A DNA stretch of 64,000 nt from Thermomonas sp. (GTDB taxonomy: Bacteria; Pseudomonadota; Gammaproteobacteria; Xanthomonadales; Xanthomonadaceae), in the NCBI RefSeq assembly GCF_025993755.1, contig NZ_JAMQHN010000136.1:1823-65822 (forward strand), in the 5' to 3' direction. The translations under genes and the position numbers were made by a program. Positions 56,144 through 64,000 of the stretch are shown here, one piece after another. Below the pieces are notes generated by a model. The model did not search any database. It was not told the origin of the DNA and was given only the letters and a program-made list of their open reading frames with translations. How positions within the stretch are numbered: the stretch's first letter is position 1; each line of letters starts with the position of its first letter.

Positions 56144-56710
56144 ATGAACGCGACCGACCACAGCTTCGGCAACCACCTGCTGATCGCGCTGCCGTCGCTG
56201 CAGGACGCCAATTTCGAACGCAGCGTGACGCTGATCTGCCAGCACGATGGCGACGGCGCCATGGGCGTGATCGTCAATCGGCCGTCCGAATACACCATCG
56301 GCGAAATCCTGCGCCAGATGGGCGTGGAGTGCGGCGATGACGCGCTCGACCAGCGACCGGTGCTCAGCGGCGGGCCGGTGCATCCCGAGCGCGGTTTCGT
56401 CCTCCACGACGGCGGTCGCGGCTGGGATTCCAGCCTCGAAGTCGGCGATGGCCTGTACCTGACCACCTCGCGCGACGTGCTCGAGGCGATGGCGCGCGGC
56501 GAGGGGCCGCCACAGTCGCTGGTGGCGCTGGGCTGCGCCGGCTGGGGCGCGGGCCAGCTCGAACAGGAGCTGGTGGACGACAGCTGGCTGCTGGTGCCCA
56601 ACCGCCGCGACGTGCTGTTCGACCTGCCGCTGGCGCAGCGCTGGCAGGCCGCCGCGGGGAGCATCGGCGTGGATCTGGTCAATCACGCCAGCCACAGCGG
56701 TCACGCGTGA
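56144..56710 (+). CDS. yqgE: YqgE/AlgH (UPF0301) family protein
   Basis: [20 protein letters not shown] and [13 protein letters not shown]. Confidence 0.95.
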   Translation: MNATDHSFGNHLLIALPSLQDANFERSVTLICQHDGDGAMGVIVNRPSEYTIGEILRQMGVECGDDALDQRPVLSGGPVHPERGFVLHDGGRGWDSSLEVGDGLYLTTSRDVLEAMARGEGPPQSLVALGCAGWGAGQLEQELVDDSWLLVPNRRDVLFDLPLAQRWQAAAGSIGVDLVNHASHSGHA

Positions 56711-57192
56711 GCGCGGAACCGCAGGCGGACGCGGCGCCGGGCATCGCGGCGGACGCGACCGTGCTCGGGTTCGACGTCGGCACCCGGCGGATCGGGGTGG
56801 CGATCGGAAATCCCCTGGTGGGAACCGCGAAGTCGATCGGAATCGTTGCCGTGCATGCCGCCGGCCCGGACTGGGGCGAAGTCGAGCGGCTGCTGAGGCA
56901 ATGGCGGCCGGGCGGCCTGGTCGTCGGCGACCCGATGACGCTGGACGGCGGCGACCAGCCGATCCGCAAGGCGGCCCATGCCTTCGCCCGCGAACTGCGC
57001 CAGCGCACCCGGCTGCCGGTGGCGCTGGTGGACGAGCGCAACAGCTCGCAGGATGCGGCCCGCCGTTTTGCCGAGGCGCGCGCGAGCGGGCACAGCCGGC
57101 GCCGCGAAGCCGAAGTGCTCGATGCGCTGGCGGCGGTCGTGATCGTCGAGCGCTGGTTCGCCGCGCCGCGGGACGCAACGCCGGTTGCGTAG
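56707..57192 (+). CDS. ruvX: Pre-16S rRNA nuclease / Holliday-junction resolvase-like YqgF
   Basis: [25 protein letters not shown] and DALAA. Confidence 0.95.
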   Translation: MSAEPQADAAPGIAADATVLGFDVGTRRIGVAIGNPLVGTAKSIGIVAVHAAGPDWGEVERLLRQWRPGGLVVGDPMTLDGGDQPIRKAAHAFARELRQRTRLPVALVDERNSSQDAARRFAEARASGHSRRREAEVLDALAAVVIVERWFAAPRDATPVA

Positions 57193-57312
57193 GGGCTGTT
57201 GGCTGTAGCGCCCCAAAGGATCGAAAGAGCTTTCGAGGGGCAGTCTTGACTTCCGGAAAAATTCGCGCCTGCAGGGCGCTGCGTGCGGCACAAGCTGCGA
57301 CAATAGCCGGCC

Positions 57313-58245
57313 ATGAGCCTGCAAATTGACGAAAACGGTCGTCTGCGTCACCTGCTCGATCTGGCGACGCTGCCGGTCACCGCGATGGATGCCCTGTTGC
57401 GCCGCGCGCAGGCGTTTGCCGATGGCGCACAGGTGTCCGACGCGCTGTCCGGCCGGGCCGTATGCACGCTGTTCTTCGAGCCGTCCACCCGCACACGCCT
57501 GAGCTTCCAACTGGCGGCGCAGCGGCTGGGCGCGCAGATCCTCAACTTCGATGCGTCCACGTCGTCGGCGACCAAGGGCGAAACCGACCTCGACACCTTC
57601 CGCAACCTGCAGGCGATGGGCGTGCGTGGCTTCGTGGTGCGCCACAAGGCCGATGGCGCCGTGGCGGCGCTGGCGCAGGCGACGGCGCCGGGCGTCGCGA
57701 TCATCAATGCGGGCGATGGTCGCAGCCATCATCCCAGCCAGGGCCTGCTGGACATGCTCACCCTGCGGCAGGCCAAGGGCGAGGATTTCTCGAAACTCAA
57801 GGTCGTGATCGTCGGCGACGTGAAGCATTCGCGGGTGGCGCGCTCCGACCTGCACGCGCTGCGCGCGCTGGGCTGCGGCGAGATCCGCGTGTGCGGGCCG
57901 GCGACGCTGCTGCCGGACGACGACACCTTGCACGGCTGCACCGTCACCGGCGATTTCGACGCCGCGCTGAACGGCGTGGACGTGGCGATGATGCTGCGCC
58001 TGCAGCGCGAGCGCATGGTCGAAGGTCTGGTCGCCTCGCTGGACGACTACCACCGCGACTATGGGCTGACCGCAGTCCGCCTGCGCCGCGCCGCGGCGGA
58101 CGCCATCGTCATGCATCCCGGCCCGATGAACCGCGGCATCGAGATCACCGACGAAGTGGCCGACGGCCCGCAATCGTGGGTGCTGCGCCAGGTCGCCAAC
58201 GGCGTCGCGGTACGGATGGCGGTGCTGGAGGCGGTGCTGTCATAG
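57313..58245 (+). CDS. pyrB: Aspartate carbamoyltransferase catalytic subunit
   Basis: FFEPSTRTRLSF, INAGDG, HPSQ, RLQRER and HPGPMNR. Confidence 0.97.
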   Translation: MSLQIDENGRLRHLLDLATLPVTAMDALLRRAQAFADGAQVSDALSGRAVCTLFFEPSTRTRLSFQLAAQRLGAQILNFDASTSSATKGETDLDTFRNLQAMGVRGFVVRHKADGAVAALAQATAPGVAIINAGDGRSHHPSQGLLDMLTLRQAKGEDFSKLKVVIVGDVKHSRVARSDLHALRALGCGEIRVCGPATLLPDDDTLHGCTVTGDFDAALNGVDVAMMLRLQRERMVEGLVASLDDYHRDYGLTAVRLRRAAADAIVMHPGPMNRGIEITDEVADGPQSWVLRQVANGVAVRMAVLEAVLS

Positions 58246-58314
58246 TGGAATTCATTCAACAGCTTCCCGGTGCTCGTCATGTACAACGATGGAGCAAGCT
58301 CCCCAGGAGCCTGT

Positions 58315-58938
58315 TCACCTATCTTGCGATGCTATGTAGATAAAAAGGGACAAGGTCGCAAGGTTGGTGATGGCGGCGGCAAGGAAGACGTATCGATAGT
58401 TCTCCTTGCGCGACTTGTGTCGTAATAGAACTTGGGCCAGCCATGCTGCGGGCCAGCCGCCAAGCAGTTCCAGCAGATGCAAGGTTTTCTCGGCTGTTCG
58501 TCTTGCCGAGACTTGAGCGGCGCGTTTATCGATCCAGTAGATGATGAATGTCACCGGGTTGAGTATGGCAAGCGCGATCAGCACGATGCCCGGAATCTGA
58601 TCTTTCCACCATGTCGACCCCAGCAAGCAACAGAAGGCAAACACAAGAATGGGCGGAAGCCAGGTCAGCGGTGAGCTTCGATAACGTTTCTGATTGATGC
58701 CCGCACGCGTCTGGCGATGAGCGGCGGATACTGCACGAATGACCTTCACTGCGCGCCAGCGTCCGTCCGCTTGTTGTTCCGGAACAAAGCGAAGGATTTC
58801 TCCGGGTTCTGGGCGACGCCCCATGCGTCGATATTCGTGAATGTGCAGGAAATAGCGGGATTGTGGTTCATCGATGGACACGATGAATCCATATCCTCGC
58901 TCGTCATTCCATTCGACCAGTTTCCCAAGCCGTTCCAT
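58315..58938 (-). CDS. Cold-shock-domain plus DUF1294 membrane protein
   Basis: GKLVEWNDERGYGFI (CSD RNP1) and YWIDKRAA...EKTLHLLELLGGWP...LRHK (DUF1294). Confidence 0.9.
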   Translation of the reverse strand: MERLGKLVEWNDERGYGFIVSIDEPQSRYFLHIHEYRRMGRRPEPGEILRFVPEQQADGRWRAVKVIRAVSAAHRQTRAGINQKRYRSSPLTWLPPILVFAFCCLLGSTWWKDQIPGIVLIALAILNPVTFIIYWIDKRAAQVSARRTAEKTLHLLELLGGWPAAWLAQVLLRHKSRKENYRYVFLAAAITNLATLSLFIYIASQDR

Positions 58939-58943
58939 GGTAG

Positions 58944-60305
58944 TCAGCGTAGCAGCACCAGCGTCGCCAGTCCGAGGAAGGTGAAGAAGCCCAGCGAGTC
59001 GGTGAGGGCGGTCAGGAAGATGCCGCTGGCCAGCGCGGGATCGAAGCGCATGCGCTTGAGGGTCAGCGGGATCAGCACACCGGCAGTGGCGGCAATCAGC
59101 AGGTTGCAGGTCAGGGCGACGAAGATGACCGCCGACAGCCCGGCGTTGCTGAACCAGACCCAGACGATGACGGCGAGCACCGCGCCCATCAGCAGGCCGT
59201 TGAGCAGGGCCACGCGCAGCTCCTTCCACAGCAGCGTCATCACGTTGGAGGCGCCGATCTGGCCCAGCGCCAGGCCGCGCACCATCAGCGCCATCACCTG
59301 GGTGCCGGCGTTGCCGCCGAGGCCGGCGACCATCGGCATCAGCACCGCCAGCGCGACCAGCTTGTCGATGGTGTGCTCGAACTGGCCGACCACGTTGGCG
59401 GCGATGAAGGCGGTGCACAGGTTGACCGACAGCCACACCAGCCGGCGCCGCATCGCGCGCCAGACCGGGCTGAACAGGTCTTCGTCCTCGTCCAGGCCGG
59501 CGGCGGACAGCGCCTGGTGCTCGGCCTGCTCGCGGATGATGTCGACCACGTCGTCGATGGTGATGCGGCCGAGCAGCACGTTGTTGGCATCGACCACCGG
59601 CGCGCTGATCCAGTCGTGGTCGGAAAACTTCCGCGCGACTTCTTCGGCGGTCTCGTCGACGTCGATCGCCGGCTGTTCGTCGTCGATCAGCTGGTTGATC
59701 GGCGTGCTCGGCTCGTGGGTCAGCAGCGCCTGCAGCGCGATCCGGCCCACGTATTGGTGGCGCTTGCTCTCGACGTAGAGGTGGTCGGTGTGGTCGGGCA
59801 GCTCGCCGCGCAGGCGCAGGTAGCGCAGCACCACGTCGACGGTGGTGTCGGCGCGCACCGTCACCACGTCCGGGTTCATCAGGCGACCGGCGGTGTCCTC
59901 GTCGTAGGACAGCACCTGTTCGAGGCGATCGCGGTTCTCGCGATCCATCGACTTGAGGACTTCCTCGATCACCGTATCCGGCAGGTCCTCGACCAGATCC
60001 GCGAGGTCGTCGATGTCGAGGTCGGAGGCCGCGGCGATCAGCTCCTCCGGATCCATGTCGGCGATCAGGCCTTCGCGCACCTCGTCGCCGACGTGGACCA
60101 GCACCTCGCCGTCGTCCTCGGAGTCGACCAGCCCCCAGACCACCGAGCGCTTGGCCGGCGGCAGCGATTCGAGCAGGTTGCCGATCTCGGCCGGCGAGAG
60201 CGTGTTGACCAGCCGCCGCACCGGGCCCAGCCGACCGCTGTCCAGCGCGTCGGACAGCAGACGCAGCTGGCGCGCAGGCTTGTCGTGGCGGATGTCTTCG
60301 GCCAT
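58944..60305 (-). CDS. mgtE: Magnesium transporter MgtE
   Basis: TAGRLM, CBS pair, GRITIDD, GGNAGTQ and DPALASG...LTDS. Confidence 0.96.
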   Translation of the reverse strand: MAEDIRHDKPARQLRLLSDALDSGRLGPVRRLVNTLSPAEIGNLLESLPPAKRSVVWGLVDSEDDGEVLVHVGDEVREGLIADMDPEELIAAASDLDIDDLADLVEDLPDTVIEEVLKSMDRENRDRLEQVLSYDEDTAGRLMNPDVVTVRADTTVDVVLRYLRLRGELPDHTDHLYVESKRHQYVGRIALQALLTHEPSTPINQLIDDEQPAIDVDETAEEVARKFSDHDWISAPVVDANNVLLGRITIDDVVDIIREQAEHQALSAAGLDEDEDLFSPVWRAMRRRLVWLSVNLCTAFIAANVVGQFEHTIDKLVALAVLMPMVAGLGGNAGTQVMALMVRGLALGQIGASNVMTLLWKELRVALLNGLLMGAVLAVIVWVWFSNAGLSAVIFVALTCNLLIAATAGVLIPLTLKRMRFDPALASGIFLTALTDSLGFFTFLGLATLVLLR

Positions 60306-60432
60306 GCGTGGGTTCCGGCGGGAGATGGGGCGACTCACGCGGCGGAACGCGCGGACGCCGGATCAAGTGTTCATGATGCGGGCATTATCCCCCGCATCGG
60401 CCGGGTCGGCCAGCGCCGGAAAATGGAGCCGG

Positions 60433-62160
60433 TCAGTGCGCCGCGCTGCGGTGTGCGCCGAGCCAGCGCTCGATCCCGGCGCGGGTGCTGGCGCGCAGCA
60501 GCGCCGGCACGTCGCTGCGCAGCCGCGCCAGGTCGCAACCGCGGATGGCCTGGCGGACTTCGAGCAGATGCGAAGGGTGCAGGCTCAACTCGTCCAGCCC
60601 CAGCGCCAGCAGCAGCGGTGCGAACGCCGGCTCGGCCGCGATCTCGCCGCACAGGGTGACCGGCACGCCGCGTCGGCGGGCGACCTTGGCCACGTCGTGC
60701 AGCAGCCGCAGCACCGCCGGGTGCAGCGGCGTGTAGAGCGCTTCCAGCGCCTCGTTGGTGCGATCCGCGGCCAGCAGGTACTGGACCAGATCGTTGCTGC
60801 CGATGGCGAGGAAATCGGCCAGCTTGACGAACGAGGGCAGGGCCAGCGCGGCCGAAGGGACCTCGATCATCGCGCCCAGCGGCACCCTGGCCGCGATCTC
60901 GCGGCCCTCGGCGCGCAGTTCGTCGATCGCCGCGTCGAGCGCCTGCCGCACCGCCTGCAGTTCCTCGATCCCGGACAGCATCGGGATCAGCACCCGCACC
61001 GGACCGTAGCCGGAGGCGCGCACGATCGCGCGCAGCTGGGTGCGCAGCATGCCGGGCAGCGCCAGCGACAGGCGCACCCCGCGCAGGCCCAGCGCGGGAT
61101 TGGCTTCCTGGCGCAGGGTCAGGCCGGAGCGTTCGGCCTTGTCGGCGCCCAGGTCCAGCGTGCGGATGGTGACGGTGCGTCCGGTCATCGCCAGCACCAC
61201 GTCGCGATAGGCGCGGAACTGGGTTTCCTCGTCCGGCAGTTCGCCGCGGCCGAGGAACAGGAATTCGGAACGGAACAGGCCGATCCCGGCGGCGCCGAGC
61301 GCGTGCGCCTCGCTGGCGTCCTCGCGGGTTTCCGCGTTCGCCCACAGCTTGATGTCGGTGCCGTCGAGCGTGCGCGAGGGTTCGCGCCGCAGGCGATTGA
61401 GCTGGCGCCGCTCCTGGCGCACCTTGGCGACCCGGGCGTGGTGGGCGCGCAGGTCGGCCGCGTCGGGTTCGAGGATGACCAGACCGCTGCCGCCGTCGAG
61501 CAGCAGCACGTCGCCGTCCCGGGCCTTCAGCAGCGCCTGGCTGGCGCCGACCACCAGCGGCAGGTGCAGGCTGCGCGCCATGATCGTGCTGTGCGAAAGC
61601 GGGCTGCCGGCGGCGGTGACCACGCCGACCACGCCCTGCGCCTGCAGTTGCGCCAGTTCGGCGGGAGCGATGTTGTCGGTGATCAGGATGTCGCCGGAAA
61701 CGCCGGGCAGGGCGGCCTTGCGGTGATTCAGGGCCGCGTGCAAGCGCTCGATGATGTGGTCGATGTCGTCGATGCGGCTGCGCAGGTAGGCATCGTCCAT
61801 TTCCTCGAACGCCGCGGTGAGGCGGTTGCGCTGCAGGCGCAGGGCGTAGTCTGCGGAATACGGGCCGGTGCGGATCAGGGTGTCGATGCCGGACAGCAGA
61901 ACCGGATCGTCGAGCAGCAGCGCGTGCAGATCGACGAAATCGCCCAGCTCCGGCGTCAGGGCGTCCTGCAATCGTTCGCGCAAGGCGCGCATCTCGGCCC
62001 GAACCTCGTCGACGGCGGCGCGAAAGCGCGCGATTTCCGCAGCGACGGCTTCGGGGGCGATGGCGGTGGCGTCGATCTCCAGCCGGTGCGGCAGCCGCAT
62101 CCGCGCGCGGCCTAGCGCACAACCGCGCGCCGCCGCCACGCCGGAAAGCAGCTGGCGCAT
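60433..62160 (-). CDS. ptsP: PTS enzyme I (phosphoenolpyruvate-protein phosphotransferase, no GAF domain)
   Basis: SHSTIMARS phospho-His, GIGLFRSEF, EANPALGLRG, MIEVP, IGSNDL and LCGE. Confidence 0.92.
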   Translation of the reverse strand: MRQLLSGVAAARGCALGRARMRLPHRLEIDATAIAPEAVAAEIARFRAAVDEVRAEMRALRERLQDALTPELGDFVDLHALLLDDPVLLSGIDTLIRTGPYSADYALRLQRNRLTAAFEEMDDAYLRSRIDDIDHIIERLHAALNHRKAALPGVSGDILITDNIAPAELAQLQAQGVVGVVTAAGSPLSHSTIMARSLHLPLVVGASQALLKARDGDVLLLDGGSGLVILEPDAADLRAHHARVAKVRQERRQLNRLRREPSRTLDGTDIKLWANAETREDASEAHALGAAGIGLFRSEFLFLGRGELPDEETQFRAYRDVVLAMTGRTVTIRTLDLGADKAERSGLTLRQEANPALGLRGVRLSLALPGMLRTQLRAIVRASGYGPVRVLIPMLSGIEELQAVRQALDAAIDELRAEGREIAARVPLGAMIEVPSAALALPSFVKLADFLAIGSNDLVQYLLAADRTNEALEALYTPLHPAVLRLLHDVAKVARRRGVPVTLCGEIAAEPAFAPLLLALGLDELSLHPSHLLEVRQAIRGCDLARLRSDVPALLRASTRAGIERWLGAHRSAAH

Positions 62161-62429
62161 CAGACGTTCTCGTCGAAGCCGCGCTCGAACAGCGCGGCCA
62201 CGGCGTCGGCCGCGGCCTGCTCGTCGATGCCGTCGACCCGCAGCACAACTTCGGCGCCGGGGCCGGCGGCCAGCAGCATCACGCCCATGATGCTCTTGGC
62301 GTTGACCTCGCGGCCGCGCACTTCCAGCGTCGCCTGGCTCTGGAACGCGGACAGCTCGTGAACCAGCTTGGCGGTCGCACGGGCGTGCAGACCGAGGCGG
62401 TTGGATATCTTGAGGTCGCGGCGGATCAT
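62160..62429 (-). CDS. ptsH: HPr/NPr phosphocarrier
   Basis: LGLHARA (His15) and NAKSIMG (Ser46). Confidence 0.92.
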   Translation of the reverse strand: MIRRDLKISNRLGLHARATAKLVHELSAFQSQATLEVRGREVNAKSIMGVMLLAAGPGAEVVLRVDGIDEQAAADAVAALFERGFDENV

Positions 62430-62465
62430 GCGCGGCCTCTGCCGGTGGGCGTCGAAGGGCGGAAC

Positions 62466-62858
62466 TCAGATGTCATCCGTGATGGCTCCATTGCGTGATC
62501 CGGCGGCGGCCACTGCCGGCAGTTCGTCCAGTTCCAGTTCGGCGTAGTTCATGACCCGCATCAGCATCGGCAGGCTGACTGCCGACACCCGTCGCACCGG
62601 CGTCCCCAGTCGTGAAAGTCGCGCCGCCACGTTGCTCGGGCTGGCGCCGTAGAGGTCGGTCAGGATCAGCACCCCGGCGCCCTGGTCGACGCGCCGCAGC
62701 GCCGCGCTGGCCTGCGGCAGCAGCGCCGCCGGGTCGGCGTCGAACGGCACCTCGAAGGCTTCGCAGGGCAGCGGAAGTTTTTGCAGCAGGCGCGCGGCGA
62801 CCGCCACGAGCGAATGGCCTATGCCTTCGTGGGTGATCAGCAGGACGCCAACGGACAT
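62466..62858 (-). CDS. PTS EIIA component, mannose/fructose family
   Basis: LLITH and LILTDLYGASPSN. Confidence 0.92.
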   Translation of the reverse strand: MSVGVLLITHEGIGHSLVAVAARLLQKLPLPCEAFEVPFDADPAALLPQASAALRRVDQGAGVLILTDLYGASPSNVAARLSRLGTPVRRVSAVSLPMLMRVMNYAELELDELPAVAAAGSRNGAITDDI

Positions 62859-62950
62859 GCCGACAAGTTAGCAGACGCGGGCGAAGCTGCGAAAGCGTTT
62901 GCGCGCAATTCGTCGAAGACCGTGCGCGCCGGACGCGCGGTGACGACGCC

Positions 62951-63772
62951 TCAGTGTTCGAGATACAGATCCGGAAGCAGCTTCGCCGAAGGATCGACCG
63001 CATAGCCGGACAGGTCGGTGATGCCCGCCTCGGCCAGCACCTCGTCGTCGATCAGGAAGTGGCCTGCGAACCCCCTGGCTTCGCGCGTCAGCACCGCGTG
63101 GGCGGCGTCGGCCAGGATGGCCGGATGGCGGCCATTGCGGCGATCCACGCCGGGGATCATGTTCAACGCCTCGGTGGCGATCAGGGTGCGCGGCCACAGC
63201 GCGTTGACCGCAACGCCCCTGGGGCCGAACTCGGCGGCCAGGCCCAGAGTGACGAAGCTCATGCCCATCTTCGCCAGGGTGTAGCCGGTGAACGGACCCC
63301 ACCATTTCGGGTCGAGCGAGGGCGGCGGGCACAGGGTGAGGATGTGCGGGTTGGGCGCCTTGAGCAGATGCGGCAGGCAGGCTTGCGCGCACAGGAAGCT
63401 GCCGCGGCTGTTGACCTGCTGCATCAGATCGAAGCGCTTCATCGGCGTGTCCAGCGTGCCGCGCAGCCAGATCGCGCTGGCGTTGTTGACGAGGATGTCG
63501 ATGCCGCCGAAGGTTTCGACTGCCTGCGCCACCGCCGCCTGCACCTGGTCTTCCTCGCGGATGTCGCACTTGATCGCCAGCGCCTTGCCGCCGGCGTCTT
63601 CGACCGCCTTGGCCGCCGTGTGGATCGTGCCCGGCAGCTTGGGGTTGGGCGCATCGGACTTGGCGGCGATGACGACGTTGGCACCGTCGCGGCCGGCGCG
63701 CTCGGCGATGGCCAGGCCGATTCCGCGCGAGGCGCCGGTGATGAACAGGGTTTTTCCAGCAAGCGTTGCCAT
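62951..63772 (-). CDS. Short-chain dehydrogenase/reductase (HSDL2-like)
   Basis: FITGASRGIG, PKLPGTIH, LVNNAS, YTLAK and NALWPRT. Confidence 0.93.
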   Translation of the reverse strand: MATLAGKTLFITGASRGIGLAIAERAGRDGANVVIAAKSDAPNPKLPGTIHTAAKAVEDAGGKALAIKCDIREEDQVQAAVAQAVETFGGIDILVNNASAIWLRGTLDTPMKRFDLMQQVNSRGSFLCAQACLPHLLKAPNPHILTLCPPPSLDPKWWGPFTGYTLAKMGMSFVTLGLAAEFGPRGVAVNALWPRTLIATEALNMIPGVDRRNGRHPAILADAAHAVLTREARGFAGHFLIDDEVLAEAGITDLSGYAVDPSAKLLPDLYLEH

Positions 63773-63831
63773 GCGTACGCATCCGTATTGGTTCAGCGCA
63801 AGTGTAACCCGCCCCACGTATGCTTTCGCCA

Positions 63832-64000
63832 ATGCACGGCGCCTGGTTCGACAACCTGCTTGCCTGGATCGGCGCCCACCCGGTTGCGGCGGGCGCGCTG
63901 GTGTTCCTGATCGCCTTCAGCGATGCGCTGATCATCCTCGGCACGATCGTGCCGGCGCTGCCGCTGCTGATCGGGATCGGCATCCTGATCGGCATGGGTG
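63832..64000 (+). CDS. DedA-family (probably DedA/PAP2 LssY-like) membrane protein, 5' part only
   Basis: Manual translation MHGAWFDNLLAWIGAHPVAAGALVFLIAFSDALIILGTIVPALPLLIGIG resembles a DedA N-terminus; absent from the ORF track because it runs off the window. Confidence 0.75.
   Translation, partial: MHGAWFDNLLAWIGAHPVAAGALVFLIAFSDALIILGTIVPALPLLIGIGILIGMG

Noticed and set aside
57189..57240. GTAG-type REP or pyrR attenuator before pyrB
   Set aside because: Only short hairpins (GGGGC/GCCCC and TCGAAAG/CTTTCGA); single copy, no PyrR-binding loop and no pyrR gene.
58315..60366. 683-aa ORF apparently fusing a long N-terminal region to CSD-DUF1294
   Set aside because: The upstream part is an off-frame shadow of mgtE (Arg/Pro/Gly-rich); the real gene starts at 58938.

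Overview
High-GC (roughly 68% by eye) core-chromosome segment of a Xanthomonadaceae/Lysobacteraceae bacterium. In order it carries: the 3' part of an xps type II secretion operon (F-G-H-I-J-K-L-M-N-D) coupled to two GT2-fold genes; a CMD/AhpD gene, subfamily-2 pyrF, ettA and a YeiH-family gene; glyA-nrdR-ribD-ribE-ribB-ribH-nusB-thiL; a secreted SGNH hydrolase and an M1 aminopeptidase; a GlcD-like oxidase, yraN, an lpoA-like gene, rsmI, rnpB and an NRDE gene; the dcw cluster (mraZ to ftsZ, without murD), lpxC, DUF721/dciA, an M23 peptidase, secA and mutT; coaE-proC-yggS, pilT-pilU, yqgE-ruvX-pyrB; a low-GC CSD/DUF1294 gene, mgtE, a PTS EI/HPr/EIIA trio, an SDR and the start of a DedA/PAP2 gene. 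I see no prophage, IS, CRISPR array, tRNA/rRNA or defence island, and no new multi-gene system. The most interesting signals are non-coding or very small. (1) A ~200-nt stack of hairpins after ftsZ displays CsrA/RsmA-type GGA loops and ends in a terminator-like stem, a candidate 3'-UTR-derived RsmA sponge. (2) An apparent 80-bp insertion between murF and mraY creates a bridging mini-ORF, and a second doubly overlapped mini-ORF lies between ribH and nusB. (3) DnaA boxes, a palindrome and MraZ repeats sit at the dcw promoter. (4) The T2SS-coupled glycosyltransferases have degenerate catalytic motifs. (5) Three REP-like palindrome families and several probable leaderless promoters are present. 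All calls come from reading the sequence and recognising families; no searches were run.
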